Shown: positions 10,101-19,540 of the stretch, piece by piece | How positions within the stretch are numbered: position 1 is the first letter of the stretch | How the letters are laid out: each line of letters starts with the position of its first letter | Source: Planctomycetota bacterium | GTDB taxonomy: Bacteria; Planctomycetota; UBA8108; SXIK01 | Assembly (NCBI GenBank): GCA_965223265.1 | Contig: OZ244999.1 | Span: 6,368,001 to 6,432,000, forward strand | Length of the DNA stretch: 64,000 nucleotides | Direction of reading: 5' to 3' | Notes under the pieces: model-generated | Database searches by the model: none | What the model was told of the DNA's origin: nothing | The model's input: the letters and a program-made list of their open reading frames with translations, nothing else | Position numbers and translations under genes: made by a program

Positions 10101-11008
10101 CTATGACCGTCACCGCGGCGAACGACCGAATCAGCGATTTGGTGAGCGCGGCGCAGAGAAGCAGCACCAGTGAAACCGACAGCGGGATGGTCATCTTCTC
10201 GCGCGGCGACGAAGGCCGACTACAGCTGCAGGGGTCTAGTGACTCGGCGACCTCTGCGGATGAAAACAGGGAGAGTGAACCGGCGCCAACGGCATGGATC
10301 GTTATGACTGAGGTCGACCGAGGCGAGGCCGCGTCCGTCGAATTTCTTGCGTCCAGCAGCGGCGGACTCGAAGTGTATCTCAACGGCGAGAAGTCTTACG
10401 TGCGCAGTCGACCGGGTCGCTACGAGCGCTACTCGGATCGATTCGCAGCTCAACTCGCGGCTGGAGTAAACCAGATCGTTGTCGTTGCGATGGAATCAGA
10501 GTCTCCATCGACGACTCTACAGATTCAACTGCGCGAACGCGGTGCGAGTGAACGACATGACCGTTTGATGACTTTGGCGCTCACTCGTCGCGGCAACGTC
10601 GACGGCGGCCGCGAAGTCTTCTTCAACGTCGAGAAATCGCAATGTCTCAAATGTCATCGCTTCGGCGATCAAGGCTCGAAGGTTGGCCCAGATTTGACTG
10701 GAGTGGGACGACGCTTTTCGCGCATTCATCTGATCGAGTCGATCCTGGCGCCGAGCCGCACCATCGCGGCAAGTTTTCACACCGAAACCGTTGTCATGAG
10801 GGACGGCACCGTGATCAACGGCGTCAAGGTGGAAGAGGACGGCGATTTCCTGACACTTGGTGATTCGCAGGGGAAGACGCACGTGCTGATCAAAGCAGAC
10901 ATCGAGCTTCGCGAGCGCCAACCGGTGAGCACGATGCCTGAAGGGCTCGAGAAGGCTTTTACAGACAGCGAGTTCGTCGACCTCGTCGCCTTTCTCCTCA
11001 GTCGTTGA
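7133..11008 (+). CDS. PVC-type haem-binding protein: dehydrogenase-like beta-propeller, HEAT repeats, C-terminal cytochrome c
   Basis: Signal peptide; GFEAILFACDP, GYDGWLY and GLRNIYD propeller motifs; VRAAAVETL-type HEAT repeats; CLKCH...GPDL...LIESILAPS...STMPEGL. Confidence 0.85.
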   Translation: MVGSVPSGRYRRIALVSVCVLVAASLHAQATNTTGPETEKRFPPLKVADGFEAILFACDPLVEYPSVIALGPRQGSVFVAYDYMTGLGTEIVRRDEVRLVQDTDHDGYADKSTLYADGFNSIMGLASRGDALYVMHAPYLTLLRDANGDSQPEERRHLLRGLGLTPAENPVRLHCANGVTVGYDGWLYLALGDHGCDVVRPEGDRLRLEGGGILRCRLDGSDLHVFSRGLRNIYDVALDSDLNVFVRDNENDGGDYMNRVYHSFFGADHGYPYDYYERPHMTLRPLIDVGRGSSAGGVAYLETSFPPAFHSGLIFCEWGRAVVHYPLTQRGSSFGPTTESDLVAGSSLDPYGFRPTSLVVDRDGSLLISDWADGQRPRRGRGRIYRLRHTGSVHDAEQEPSLASTPAATLPEERFERLGAASYHERFAAQLAIEARGDAAIEAVAQALADGSLTTVGELHAVWILTQARGTEALETLLSVAQQTDRSPRVRVAAVRAIADLADPVLVQDRLGARGDGHAVTEKLAALEVAPGDSRLRRELILAFGRIHWPGLPSWLAERMTPDSDATSDDALQHAAMFALRQSKNWSALLRFLDLPRGAPTRRLALQALDGQYSSAVTNGLVERLEAERRGDRQREYTEILARLYKKPGLWKYWGYRPPPRPAHTEAWAGTTSIRAALDATLARCGVDDRVYVLERLVREAVPVRVDQVATWLDAERRADRVLTILSALENQPLSQTREPLHAVVTSTEQEESIRLKALAMLRADWDNTPTSLLKLAMTIEPGAVLVETLRELSRRPQLDSREIVHGHLSSQSAAVRAAAVETLAVLNDVDSGGAALGLLSDPNESVRVAAARALGTLQVTEAADGLLAVALEQSPLLRSAAFESLAKLRDPRVVPLLEGAIKETPGDHSTRLAAVAALGEVGGAEQVGAIVEMARTDRSRTLHAALVSTLDVWSRRDGISVDTRRRIEHGIAKVLGFSGILARWRAFGPMTVTAANDRISDLVSAAQRSSTSETDSGMVIFSRGDEGRLQLQGSSDSATSADENRESEPAPTAWIVMTEVDRGEAASVEFLASSSGGLEVYLNGEKSYVRSRPGRYERYSDRFAAQLAAGVNQIVVVAMESESPSTTLQIQLRERGASERHDRLMTLALTRRGNVDGGREVFFNVEKSQCLKCHRFGDQGSKVGPDLTGVGRRFSRIHLIESILAPSRTIAASFHTETVVMRDGTVINGVKVEEDGDFLTLGDSQGKTHVLIKADIELRERQPVSTMPEGLEKAFTDSEFVDLVAFLLSR

Positions 11009-11026
11009 CACCTCTCGGGTTCGGCA

Positions 11027-11713
11027 TTAGCCGTCCAACTCGAATCGGTAGCCGATCTCTCGAATCGTGCGGATGCGCCGCGGGCGCTGCGGGTCTGTCT
11101 CAAGTTTGCGCCGCAGCGTGGTGACACAGCGGTCGACACTACGGCTGGTGACAAAGACGTCGTGGCCCCAGACGCGACGCAGAATCTCGTCGCGGGTCAA
11201 GGCTCTGCCGGCGGAGCGCACAAAAAGCTCGAGAAGTGCGAACTCCTTCGGTGTCAGATCGACCGTAGAGCCGTCGCGCGAAAGAGTCCGTGCCCCGAGG
11301 TCAACACGCCAGCCGTCGAACTCATGAACTTCGGATTGGTCTAGTCGTCGACGCCGCAAGAAGGAGTTAGCCCGGGCCAAGAGTTCGTTGATGCTGAACG
11401 GTTTCGTCACGTAGTCGTCCGCGCCGAGATTGAGTCCAAGAACGACATCTGACTCTTGCCCTTTCGCGGAGAGGATGATGATCGGCATCTCGGCGCCCGC
11501 CGACCGGAGGTGCCGGCAGATCTCGTAGCCGTTCACCTTCGGCAGCATGATGTCGAGAACGAGCAGATCGGGTCTCCCCCCAAGAGCCGCGCTCAGTCCG
11601 GCCTCCCCATCAGTCGCGGTGAAAACGACATACCCGGCATGCTCGAAGTTGTCCTTCAACCCCCGAGATAGGACTGGGTCGTCCTCGACGATCAAAACTG
11701 TCTCACCGGCCAT
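11027..11713 (-). CDS. OmpR/PhoB-family response regulator
   Basis: VLIVEDD, LDIMLP, GADDYVTKPF receiver motifs; winged helix LTPKEFALL...RKLE...IRTIREIGYRF. Confidence 0.93.
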   Translation of the reverse strand: MAGETVLIVEDDPVLSRGLKDNFEHAGYVVFTATDGEAGLSAALGGRPDLLVLDIMLPKVNGYEICRHLRSAGAEMPIIILSAKGQESDVVLGLNLGADDYVTKPFSINELLARANSFLRRRRLDQSEVHEFDGWRVDLGARTLSRDGSTVDLTPKEFALLELFVRSAGRALTRDEILRRVWGHDVFVTSRSVDRCVTTLRRKLETDPQRPRRIRTIREIGYRFELDG

Positions 11714-11759
11714 CACACCACCACGCTTTTTCGCGTCGCGAACGGGGTCATCTTCGGCT

Positions 11760-13715
11760 TCATCTTGACTCACCGCTCGCTGCGTTGACCGGAATCTCGA
11801 CGCACGCGGTGGTACCCCCACCTGGCCTGCTAGAGACGTCGACGACGCCTCGATGGGCCTCGACGATGAGTCGAACGATCCCCAGCCCAAGGCCGAACCC
11901 ACTCTGCGCACGCGACAGGCGCTGGTCCCCTTGAAAGAAGCGGTCGAACGCCTTACGCACTACAGGCTTCGACATGCCGATCCCGTTGTCTTCGACGCAG
12001 AAGATGGCTCTATCGTCGCGCTCGGTCACGGTCAAACGTACGCGCTTGTTTTCGCTGGTGTATTTCCACGCGTTATCAAGGAGGTTGACAAGCACCGTGA
12101 CGAGCGCGTCGCGATCCGCTGTGAGAGCCCGAAGGTTCGCGGCGACATCTATGGTCAACTCGCTACCCGGCGCCTCGAAACGGTGGCCGACGGCCGACAG
12201 AGCGTCGGCAACGATCGATTCTGCTTCAACTGCTCCGAAACGAAACGTGTGCCTGCCACGCTCGAGCCGCGAAAAAGTTAAGAAGTTGTCGATCAATCGG
12301 CTCAGTCGCGCGTTCTCCGTCGCAATGAGTTGTAGATACTCAGTGACCTGCGTTTCGTTTTTGGCGCGCCCGGCGAGCAGAGTGTCGACGAGCAGGCGCA
12401 TGGAGGCAAGCGGAGTTTTCAATTCGTGAGAGACGGTGGAGATCAAGTCGCTTTTGAGCTGGGCCAGACGCATTTCGTGGCGCCAGCGACGCAGGAAAAG
12501 CAGTGCGATGGTGAAAATCCCGCCGAGCGCAAGAGCCCCCGTCCAGCCGTGGACGAGTCTCTCCCGCCGTGCGACTTCTTCGAATAAGTCAACTTGATCG
12601 ACCTCGAGCGCAACCTTCCATCCGGGCAGATCGTCGCCGAGACTTGTCTCGACAAAAGCGTTCACGGCGACGTTCGAGGGGGGTTCCAGTCGCAGATGAG
12701 TGCCAGAGATGTGCGGCGCGATGTACGGAATCTCGTCGATCGCGTTCTTCAGCATTCTGATCAAGGTCTCCTCTTCGAAGAGCGCGATGGTGGCGTCGTC
12801 GCCAGAAGGGTTCGGAACGCTGATCTGCCACACGCCTTCGATCGAGCTCGTAGCGAAAACGCTGTGCCCCGCCGGCCTGCTAGAATCTTCGACGTAACGA
12901 AGTGCCAAAATCTCGGCACGCATTGTTGGGAATGATTCGCTGGGTTCCAGTCGTGGCGCGAGCTCCCTCATGAGGAAGAGCCGCTCGGACGCTGACATCG
13001 GAAGACCGGAGTAGTCGTTGACGCGATCGATGAGGCTGCGGCGCAGCGTGTCGCACGCTGTGTCTGACGAGTCCTCGCAAGCTTCAAGCGCGAGAAGTCG
13101 ACCACGCCAGAGCGTCGATCGTCCGTCGGGGTCCACGAGCATTCGCTCTTCCAACTTTGGATCCGACGCTGCGACCAACAGCTGTTCTTTATTACCAACA
13201 CGATGCAAACAGCGCATCATCCCTTCCCACGCTTTCGCCCGAGCGACGAGCGACTGCGCGGAGTGAAAGACACCGCTATAACTTGCCGCGGCAGCGCGGG
13301 CATCGTCGCCCTCAAACTCGAGACGGCGAGCTACCTGAAGCAGCTCGTCGACCGCAGTGGTTTCATCATCTTCGCACTGGCTCAACGTCCGAGGTTCGTA
13401 CGGGTAGGCTACAGATCCATCGCCACGAACGATCACGGCGCCGCTGCAGAGCTCTCGACGAACAAGCGTCGAGAAGTTCTGCAGCGGATTCTCCGCAGTA
13501 TCACCGACTTCGCTGATCGCCTCACGCCATTGCCTGAGAGACTCCGCGACACGATCGCGCCCTTCGTACAGTCGCTGCCAGCAAACGATGCGCAGTTGCT
13601 CGCGGACGGCAAGGTCTCGCGACCGCATCGCTTCGTTCATGAACCAGAGCACGAACGCGGACGGCAGAAGCACAGCTGCAGAGAAGAGCAGTAACGCGGA
13701 GCCGCTTCGGTTCAT
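11760..13715 (-). CDS. Membrane sensor histidine kinase
   Basis: Two TM segments flanking a large periplasmic region; VSHELKTPL H-box, NLLDNAWKY, DNGIG, GFGLGL. ATG overlaps the upstream stop (TGATG). Confidence 0.92.
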   Translation of the reverse strand: MNRSGSALLLFSAAVLLPSAFVLWFMNEAMRSRDLAVREQLRIVCWQRLYEGRDRVAESLRQWREAISEVGDTAENPLQNFSTLVRRELCSGAVIVRGDGSVAYPYEPRTLSQCEDDETTAVDELLQVARRLEFEGDDARAAAASYSGVFHSAQSLVARAKAWEGMMRCLHRVGNKEQLLVAASDPKLEERMLVDPDGRSTLWRGRLLALEACEDSSDTACDTLRRSLIDRVNDYSGLPMSASERLFLMRELAPRLEPSESFPTMRAEILALRYVEDSSRPAGHSVFATSSIEGVWQISVPNPSGDDATIALFEEETLIRMLKNAIDEIPYIAPHISGTHLRLEPPSNVAVNAFVETSLGDDLPGWKVALEVDQVDLFEEVARRERLVHGWTGALALGGIFTIALLFLRRWRHEMRLAQLKSDLISTVSHELKTPLASMRLLVDTLLAGRAKNETQVTEYLQLIATENARLSRLIDNFLTFSRLERGRHTFRFGAVEAESIVADALSAVGHRFEAPGSELTIDVAANLRALTADRDALVTVLVNLLDNAWKYTSENKRVRLTVTERDDRAIFCVEDNGIGMSKPVVRKAFDRFFQGDQRLSRAQSGFGLGLGIVRLIVEAHRGVVDVSSRPGGGTTACVEIPVNAASGESR

Positions 13716-15046
13716 CAACTCTTCTTTCCGCGCCTCTTCGCGTCGACGAGCCCTCTCTTCGCGTCGGCACTACCGGGTTCGTGCTTGAGCCACTGTTCGT
13801 AGTATCTCGCAGCCTTGGCGTATTCGCCGCGTTCGGCATGCGTCGTCGCCAGCCCGTTGAGTGCGGCAGTCGCGCCGGGCTCGGCAGAGATTGCCTTCTC
13901 CCAGAATTCGATCGCCGCGTCTGCATCGCCTCGACCTTTCGCCAGCCAACCAAGCCCGTTGAGCGCGGGCGCATGCTTCGGCTCGAGCTCGATGCAGCGC
14001 TGGAAAGCTTCCGCTGCATGCTCACGCTTGCCTTGGTTGAGCTGGGACCAACCGAGCCCGTTCCATGCGTTCGCTGCGTCAGGGTTAAGATCGACGGACT
14101 CCTTGAAGGCCGCCTCGGCAGCCGCAAGCTTTCGCTTCTGCCACAGACGCCAACCGGAGGCCGCAAGCTCTTCGGCGCGCAGGCGGTCTGCTTTCGAAAC
14201 CGTGCGCCGTCCGAGGACCTTCTCACCGTGCTTCAGAAGCCGGTAGCGAATCTTGAGGTGGCGAGGCTTGGTCTTGTCGACGAGATCGGTGATCTGTAGT
14301 ACACCGACGCTCCCCTCGCGGGTCTGAAATGAGTAGCTGCGCGGCAACTCACCGAGGGCGCTCAGCACGACCGGTCGACCGGGCTTGGCACCCTCGAGAT
14401 CCTTCTGGATCGACGCGAGTGTCGCGCCGGCGAATCTAGGCGTTGCTAGCGGCAGGCCAATGAAGTCAATTCCGTAGAGCCCTGGACCACTCGGTTTCGT
14501 CTCGCCGATCGCGTCGACGCCTTGAGCGGTGAGGGCGCGTAGACGCTCCACTTCGGTCCCACCTTTCACCTGCCGCGTCAGCACTTCACCACGATCGAAG
14601 TCGATCGCAAACCCCTTCCCGACGCCGTCGTCGTTGACTATGCGTTCGATGACCTCCCCGAGTGGCGGTAGCTTTTCGTCTTGGCTCAACGTCGCGAGTT
14701 TCTTGCGGGCGCGCCGGACAAACTCTTTCTGATCCGGAAAGTCGTCGACGATGTCATTGAGCAGTGACGCCGCCGCGCTCGCCTCGCCGCTCTTGAGGTG
14801 GCACTCCGCCAACCGGTACGTAGCTTCCGCCGCAACGCCGCGGTGCTTTTTCGCCTCATTGAGGATCTTGCGATAGATCTCCATAGCTGCGGCAAGGTCC
14901 CCTTTCGATTCCTCCAGGAACTTGCCCTTTTCAAGACGGACCGCGAGCGAATCGGCAGCGACTGTGTCGGCAAGCAGCGTGGTTGGAAGAGAGACGAACC
15001 AGACAAAGCCCAACGTCGTAATTCTCGCTCTAGGTGACATGAACAT
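13715..15046 (-). CDS. Secreted TPR-repeat protein
   Basis: Signal peptide; TPR motifs at both ends (AEATYRLAECH, AWNGLGW, ALNGLGW, ALNGLA); translationally coupled to the kinase gene. Confidence 0.82.
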   Translation of the reverse strand: MFMSPRARITTLGFVWFVSLPTTLLADTVAADSLAVRLEKGKFLEESKGDLAAAMEIYRKILNEAKKHRGVAAEATYRLAECHLKSGEASAAASLLNDIVDDFPDQKEFVRRARKKLATLSQDEKLPPLGEVIERIVNDDGVGKGFAIDFDRGEVLTRQVKGGTEVERLRALTAQGVDAIGETKPSGPGLYGIDFIGLPLATPRFAGATLASIQKDLEGAKPGRPVVLSALGELPRSYSFQTREGSVGVLQITDLVDKTKPRHLKIRYRLLKHGEKVLGRRTVSKADRLRAEELAASGWRLWQKRKLAAAEAAFKESVDLNPDAANAWNGLGWSQLNQGKREHAAEAFQRCIELEPKHAPALNGLGWLAKGRGDADAAIEFWEKAISAEPGATAALNGLATTHAERGEYAKAARYYEQWLKHEPGSADAKRGLVDAKRRGKKS

Positions 15047-15129
15047 AACGCCCTCCAGTAGGGTATGGATCTGGTGAGTAGAAAATCCACGGACTCACTG
15101 CGGTGCGCACCGGCAAGCTCACTGCAAGA

Positions 15130-15172
15130 ACCATACAGGGCTCATGTTACCGAATCGTGACCTCGAGGTGAT
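15130..15172 (-). promoter_or_regulatory. Putative OmpR/PhoB-type tandem boxes plus -10 element for the TPR-HK-RR operon
   Basis: Minus strand ATCAC-n6-GTCAC-n6-GTAAC (11-bp period), then 10 nt, then TATGGT. Confidence 0.5.
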
Positions 15173-15335
15173 TTTCTGTGCCGATTTCCGAGCTCGTTGG
15201 CCGCGGCAGGTACGGCGTTGCTGCAGGCAGCGAGCGGTCGTTTTTCGATGACCGAAAATGCCCAAGGGGCTACACTCGCTCTTAGGGAAGGTTGGAGAGC
15301 GCGCACGGTCTCAGCTCTTTCGGAGGTTCACGGCG

Positions 15336-17663
15336 ATGCCTGTGACACGACGGCTTGGATCCCACGTGCGTCTCGGTTTGGCGGCGGTCATGCTCGTCGG
15401 CTCTGCAGCGCACGCCGAAGACTGCAACGACAACGGCATCGATGACGCCGTTGAGATTTCTGAGGAAACCAGCCCCGACTGTAACGGCAACGGCGTCCCC
15501 GACGCGTGCGATCTACAGATCGTCGGCGAGCGGTACGTCGAGGGCCATATTTTGGGAACAGTCCCCAGAGACCTCACCATCAGCGACCTCGACCGAGACG
15601 GCGACGACGATTTCGTCCTGGTGAATCGAGAACAGTTCGAGATCATCCTCACACGTGGAGATGGCACTTTCGCCGCACCGGTTTCGTACCCCCTCGACAC
15701 TGGCCCGATCGACAGCTTTTCCCATGGCGTCGTCGCTGAAGTGACGGGCGACGAATTCTCCGACGTCGTCATCCGCAATCGAAGGTTCGATGAAGCTCTC
15801 GACGACAAAATCGAGCAGATCTTCGTTTTTCCCGGACTCGGAGAGGGCACGCTCGGCGAGCCACTCACCGTGAGCTCGTCATCGGATGTGTCGCGAGGCA
15901 TCCTGGTTGGCGATATGAACAGAGATACCCTCGACGACATCTTACTCCTGCGTGATCTGGTCAGCGTCTCCGTACTCCTCAATCGCGGCGACGGACAGTT
16001 CGACGCGCAGCCCGCGTGGGAGTTTGCACCTGAGATCAGGGCGGCACTTCTGATCAACGTCGTTGGCGACGAGAGTCCGGAAATCGTCGTCAGAAACAGC
16101 GATGAGAACCTCATCGTTCTCAGCAGCGAGGGCGACGGCACGTTCACACCGAGTGGTGATGAGGTCTTCATTGGCGAGCGTTTTTCATTCCAGGCGATCG
16201 ATTTCGACCTTGACGGTGTGAGTGAGCTTCTGATCTCGAACTCCTCTGAAACAGCCATCTATCGAAACGACTCCGGCACCTTTGTGCGCGAGCAATCGAT
16301 TGCCGGAGCCTCGGCGGATTCACGCGCCGTCGACGTCGACGACGACGGCGACATGGACCTCGTGCACCTCTCCGGTGATGAAAATGACTATAGAATCACG
16401 GTTTTGACGAATGAGGGGCTCGGAGTGTTTCAGCCCTCCGACGTTATGTTTCACGTCCTTCCTCGAGTGATCCCCCCCATCCGTGCGGTGCCGTTTCGCC
16501 GCGGAGCCTCCGAAACCAGCGGTCTCCTCGTTGAATACGGACCCGAATTCGGCTCGAGGACCTCCCGTATCCTCGAGCTCCAACCCTATCCTCGCAGTGA
16601 AGATTGCAATCAGAACGGTGTTCCAGATGAGTGCGAACGCGAGCTGAGAGACTGCCGTGATTGCAACGACAACGGCGTGCCCGACGCTAACGACGTCGCC
16701 TCCGGCGAGAGCGTCGACGCCAACGGCAACGGCGTTCCAGACTCGTGTGAGCCCCACCTACCGCAGTTCGAACTGCGGTACGACGCGCCGAACTGGGTCC
16801 AGGGAGACCCCGGCGCAACCATCGAATTTCCGGTTATCGTGAAACTCCACTCGGCTGGTTTCCCGGCAGGCGAACCCGGCGCCGACCAATGGGTAATGAC
16901 CCTCACCGCTGAGTCGGCAGCGTTCGTGGATTTCAGCGTCGACGGGACCATCGCCGCTCCCGAACCGGAAGGGCTGCTCTCCGGTGGAATACTCAACGTC
17001 GGGTTCTTGCCAGTTCCTCCCCGTTCTTTCTGTCGACCCGAGGCTCAGGTAAGCAATGAGTGCCTGCTTTCGTTTGACCCACAGGTCTCTACGGACATCA
17101 CCGCGAGCCCCAGCCCCGTTCTGCGCTTGACGGTCAGGACGACCGCCCCAACTGACGGCGTCGGAGTGGCCCGGCTCGGATTCACCACCGAGATCTGTTG
17201 CTGCGGTCCCATCCTGACCGACGAGCCTCCTGTTCGAAGCGACGCTGACAGCTCGGACGGCGCCGGTGGTACTGGCGGCCTCATTCGTCCGGGCGTGAAT
17301 CGCCTCGGCAGAAGCGTGGACGCCTCCTTTCACTCTAAGGAGATCCTGATCTACGGCGTCAAAACAAAGTTCTTCCGCGGCGACGCCAACGACGACGGCA
17401 GCCTCGATGTCAGCGATCCTATCGTGATCCTGAACAAGCTCTTTGTCGGCGGCGTCGAGCTGCCGTGCCGCGACGCAGCCGACGGCAACGACGACGGCCA
17501 GGTCGATATCTCCGATCCGATCTTCCTCCTGACGCGTCTGTTCGTCGGCGGCGTCGAGCCCATCCCCGCGCCGGGACCGCCGGGACCCGACGCCGAGTGC
17601 GACGTCGACCCGGGTGAGTCTGACGGCCAGGGGTGCGCGGTTTATACGAGCTGCGGCGGGTAA
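15336..17663 (+). CDS. Secreted FG-GAP/VCBS-repeat protein with DCNxNG Ca-binding repeats, cohesin-like domain and C-terminal dockerin-like module
   Basis: GGAGG RBS before ATG 15336; DCNDNGIDD/DCNGNGVPDAC repeats; DLDRDGDDD-type repeats; FFRGDANDDGSLDVSD...DGNDDGQVDISD. Confidence 0.8.
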   Translation: MPVTRRLGSHVRLGLAAVMLVGSAAHAEDCNDNGIDDAVEISEETSPDCNGNGVPDACDLQIVGERYVEGHILGTVPRDLTISDLDRDGDDDFVLVNREQFEIILTRGDGTFAAPVSYPLDTGPIDSFSHGVVAEVTGDEFSDVVIRNRRFDEALDDKIEQIFVFPGLGEGTLGEPLTVSSSSDVSRGILVGDMNRDTLDDILLLRDLVSVSVLLNRGDGQFDAQPAWEFAPEIRAALLINVVGDESPEIVVRNSDENLIVLSSEGDGTFTPSGDEVFIGERFSFQAIDFDLDGVSELLISNSSETAIYRNDSGTFVREQSIAGASADSRAVDVDDDGDMDLVHLSGDENDYRITVLTNEGLGVFQPSDVMFHVLPRVIPPIRAVPFRRGASETSGLLVEYGPEFGSRTSRILELQPYPRSEDCNQNGVPDECERELRDCRDCNDNGVPDANDVASGESVDANGNGVPDSCEPHLPQFELRYDAPNWVQGDPGATIEFPVIVKLHSAGFPAGEPGADQWVMTLTAESAAFVDFSVDGTIAAPEPEGLLSGGILNVGFLPVPPRSFCRPEAQVSNECLLSFDPQVSTDITASPSPVLRLTVRTTAPTDGVGVARLGFTTEICCCGPILTDEPPVRSDADSSDGAGGTGGLIRPGVNRLGRSVDASFHSKEILIYGVKTKFFRGDANDDGSLDVSDPIVILNKLFVGGVELPCRDAADGNDDGQVDISDPIFLLTRLFVGGVEPIPAPGPPGPDAECDVDPGESDGQGCAVYTSCGG

Positions 17664-17760
17664 ACCGCTCCTTCGGCGCATCGTTGCCGCCGAGGGTCGT
17701 GTCGCGGCGGATGCGCGTGCGAAATGGTTCCGACCCAGAATCGCCCGAGCGAACAGGTCG

Positions 17761-18501
17761 CTAGGAGCCTGCGCACGCCGGAACGCTCGCGCAGCCCAGT
17801 AGATCCGCGGTCGGATCCAGGCCACACTCCCCGAAAGGGGACGCGGGGGGCGGGCCGTCGACGAAGAGGTGGAGCAAGACCGCGATGCCGTCGCTCACAT
17901 CCAGGGCACCATCGTCGTTGACATCGCCACTCTTTTGGCAATTGACGGTTACGCTTCCGCTGAAAAGGTAGTTGAGAATCACGATAGCGTCTGAGATGTC
18001 GAGCTGGCCGTCGCCGTTCGACTCGCCACGCGCAAATGTTGCCGCGTTTTCGCGTTCCCAGATCGGCGCGCCGAGCTCGTCGATATCCTCTGTCGACGCG
18101 ATGCGCGTTCGACTCCAGCAGTACGTGTGGAGCTCATTCTCGAGAGCGGACTCAAGAGGAAAGACACCCGTCCGCGCAGGGACCTCGGCGTACACGATGT
18201 ACTCTTCCCCGGCGTCCATCTGCAGGCCGCAGATGCCTTCAGGCAGCGTGTAGACGTCGATGGCCTCTCCGGTCGGGCCTTTCCAAACGCGTGATATCTG
18301 AAACGTCGTCTTGAATTCGCCGTCGTAGGCAGCATTGAGAGCGACCCCCTGAAAGACAGCGTCAACGAGCTCAAGCTCAACAGCAGGTGGCCCAGGGTCC
18401 GTGCACGTGCAGGCGTAGACGCCGCCCGGTAAAAAAACGAGACCTATTATGAGCACAGCGACTACCAACCAGCGTGGGACACAACTATTCAGCATCGACA
18501 T
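17761..18501 (-). CDS. Secreted TIMP/NTR-like domain protein with C-terminal dockerin-like module
   Basis: Signal peptide ending VYA|CTC; DAVFQG, VWKG, CGLQMDAGEEYIVYA, YCWSRT; then FARGESNGDGQLDISD...GDVNDDGALDVSD. Confidence 0.75.
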   Translation of the reverse strand: MSMLNSCVPRWLVVAVLIIGLVFLPGGVYACTCTDPGPPAVELELVDAVFQGVALNAAYDGEFKTTFQISRVWKGPTGEAIDVYTLPEGICGLQMDAGEEYIVYAEVPARTGVFPLESALENELHTYCWSRTRIASTEDIDELGAPIWERENAATFARGESNGDGQLDISDAIVILNYLFSGSVTVNCQKSGDVNDDGALDVSDGIAVLLHLFVDGPPPASPFGECGLDPTADLLGCASVPACAGS

Positions 18502-18716
18502 CGCAGGGCTCCCGTTTCAGAAACATGCTCCGCACGCCTCACCGATCGTAGCCAACGAAGGGGAACGCGGACAAACACATTCCGACCCGACCCTCCTCGC
18601 GAGTTGGCAGAACACCGTGGACTGGTCGATATACCCTCGCAGTTGTGAAGAATCCGGAAGAATCCGCCCCGAGAGAGCCGAAGAGCCTAAGAGAGACGCT
18701 ACACCGGAGTCACACT

Positions 18717-19493
18717 ATGGGAACACTGACAACTCGACCCAGCACAATCGATCACCGCGCTTCGAAGCCTCCGGCCTCGCATCTGCCGACCCTCGTCTAC
18801 GTCGCACTCGGCGTCGTGCTGGTGTACCTGGCAACGTGGGCGGGACACGCGGGGTTCTATTTCGAGTTTCAGAAACCGCTCCTAGCCTACGAAGGCCACA
18901 GCCCGAACACCGTCTACTGGCGCCGCCCAACGCCAGTCGGTGGAGTCAGCAATTGGGAGAAGGAAGCCATCGGAGACTTCATGATTCCCTTGCCTCCGGA
19001 GCGTCCCCTGGGCACCGAAGTTGAGGGAGCTATGGTGAAGCTCACCTACGAAGTCGGCGAACTCAAAATCATCCGGCGGCCACGCAGCGCGCTGACCGAC
19101 GCACTGCGGACACAACTCAAATCCCTCGGAGCTCGCAATCCGGATGAACACATCTCCTCGAAGAGCGATGCGTCAATCCTGGAGGAGATCGTTCAGACCA
19201 CGCCCGCAGACTACGAGTTCTCTTGGTCAGAGCCCGAACGCCAACGCTACGCTGCACGGCTCCTGTCGAAAATGTCGCTCTTAGAGAGCCACTCAGCTCG
19301 TCGGTTCGAAATCGTCCACGATCAGCAACAACAGCAGAGTGCGGTGCTCGTCGAATTCGACAGCGGCGAGACGACGGTTGTCGCCATCGCAGACTACGGT
19401 GTACTCGTCGCGAAGATCTCAAGCAGTGCACCATCCGAATGGAAAACAACTGCTGCAAACTGGCTGCCGCGCGCGAGACCGTCAGCTCATTGA
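18717..19493 (+). CDS. Hypothetical membrane-anchored protein
   Basis: GGAG RBS before ATG 18717; N-terminal hydrophobic helix LVYVALGVVLVYLATW; no family recognised. Confidence 0.6.
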   Translation: MGTLTTRPSTIDHRASKPPASHLPTLVYVALGVVLVYLATWAGHAGFYFEFQKPLLAYEGHSPNTVYWRRPTPVGGVSNWEKEAIGDFMIPLPPERPLGTEVEGAMVKLTYEVGELKIIRRPRSALTDALRTQLKSLGARNPDEHISSKSDASILEEIVQTTPADYEFSWSEPERQRYAARLLSKMSLLESHSARRFEIVHDQQQQQSAVLVEFDSGETTVVAIADYGVLVAKISSSAPSEWKTTAANWLPRARPSAH

Positions 19494-19540
19494 TGACCCG
19501 TGCGTGGAGTGATCCAAAGAGCTCGATCCACGCGCTGCGG

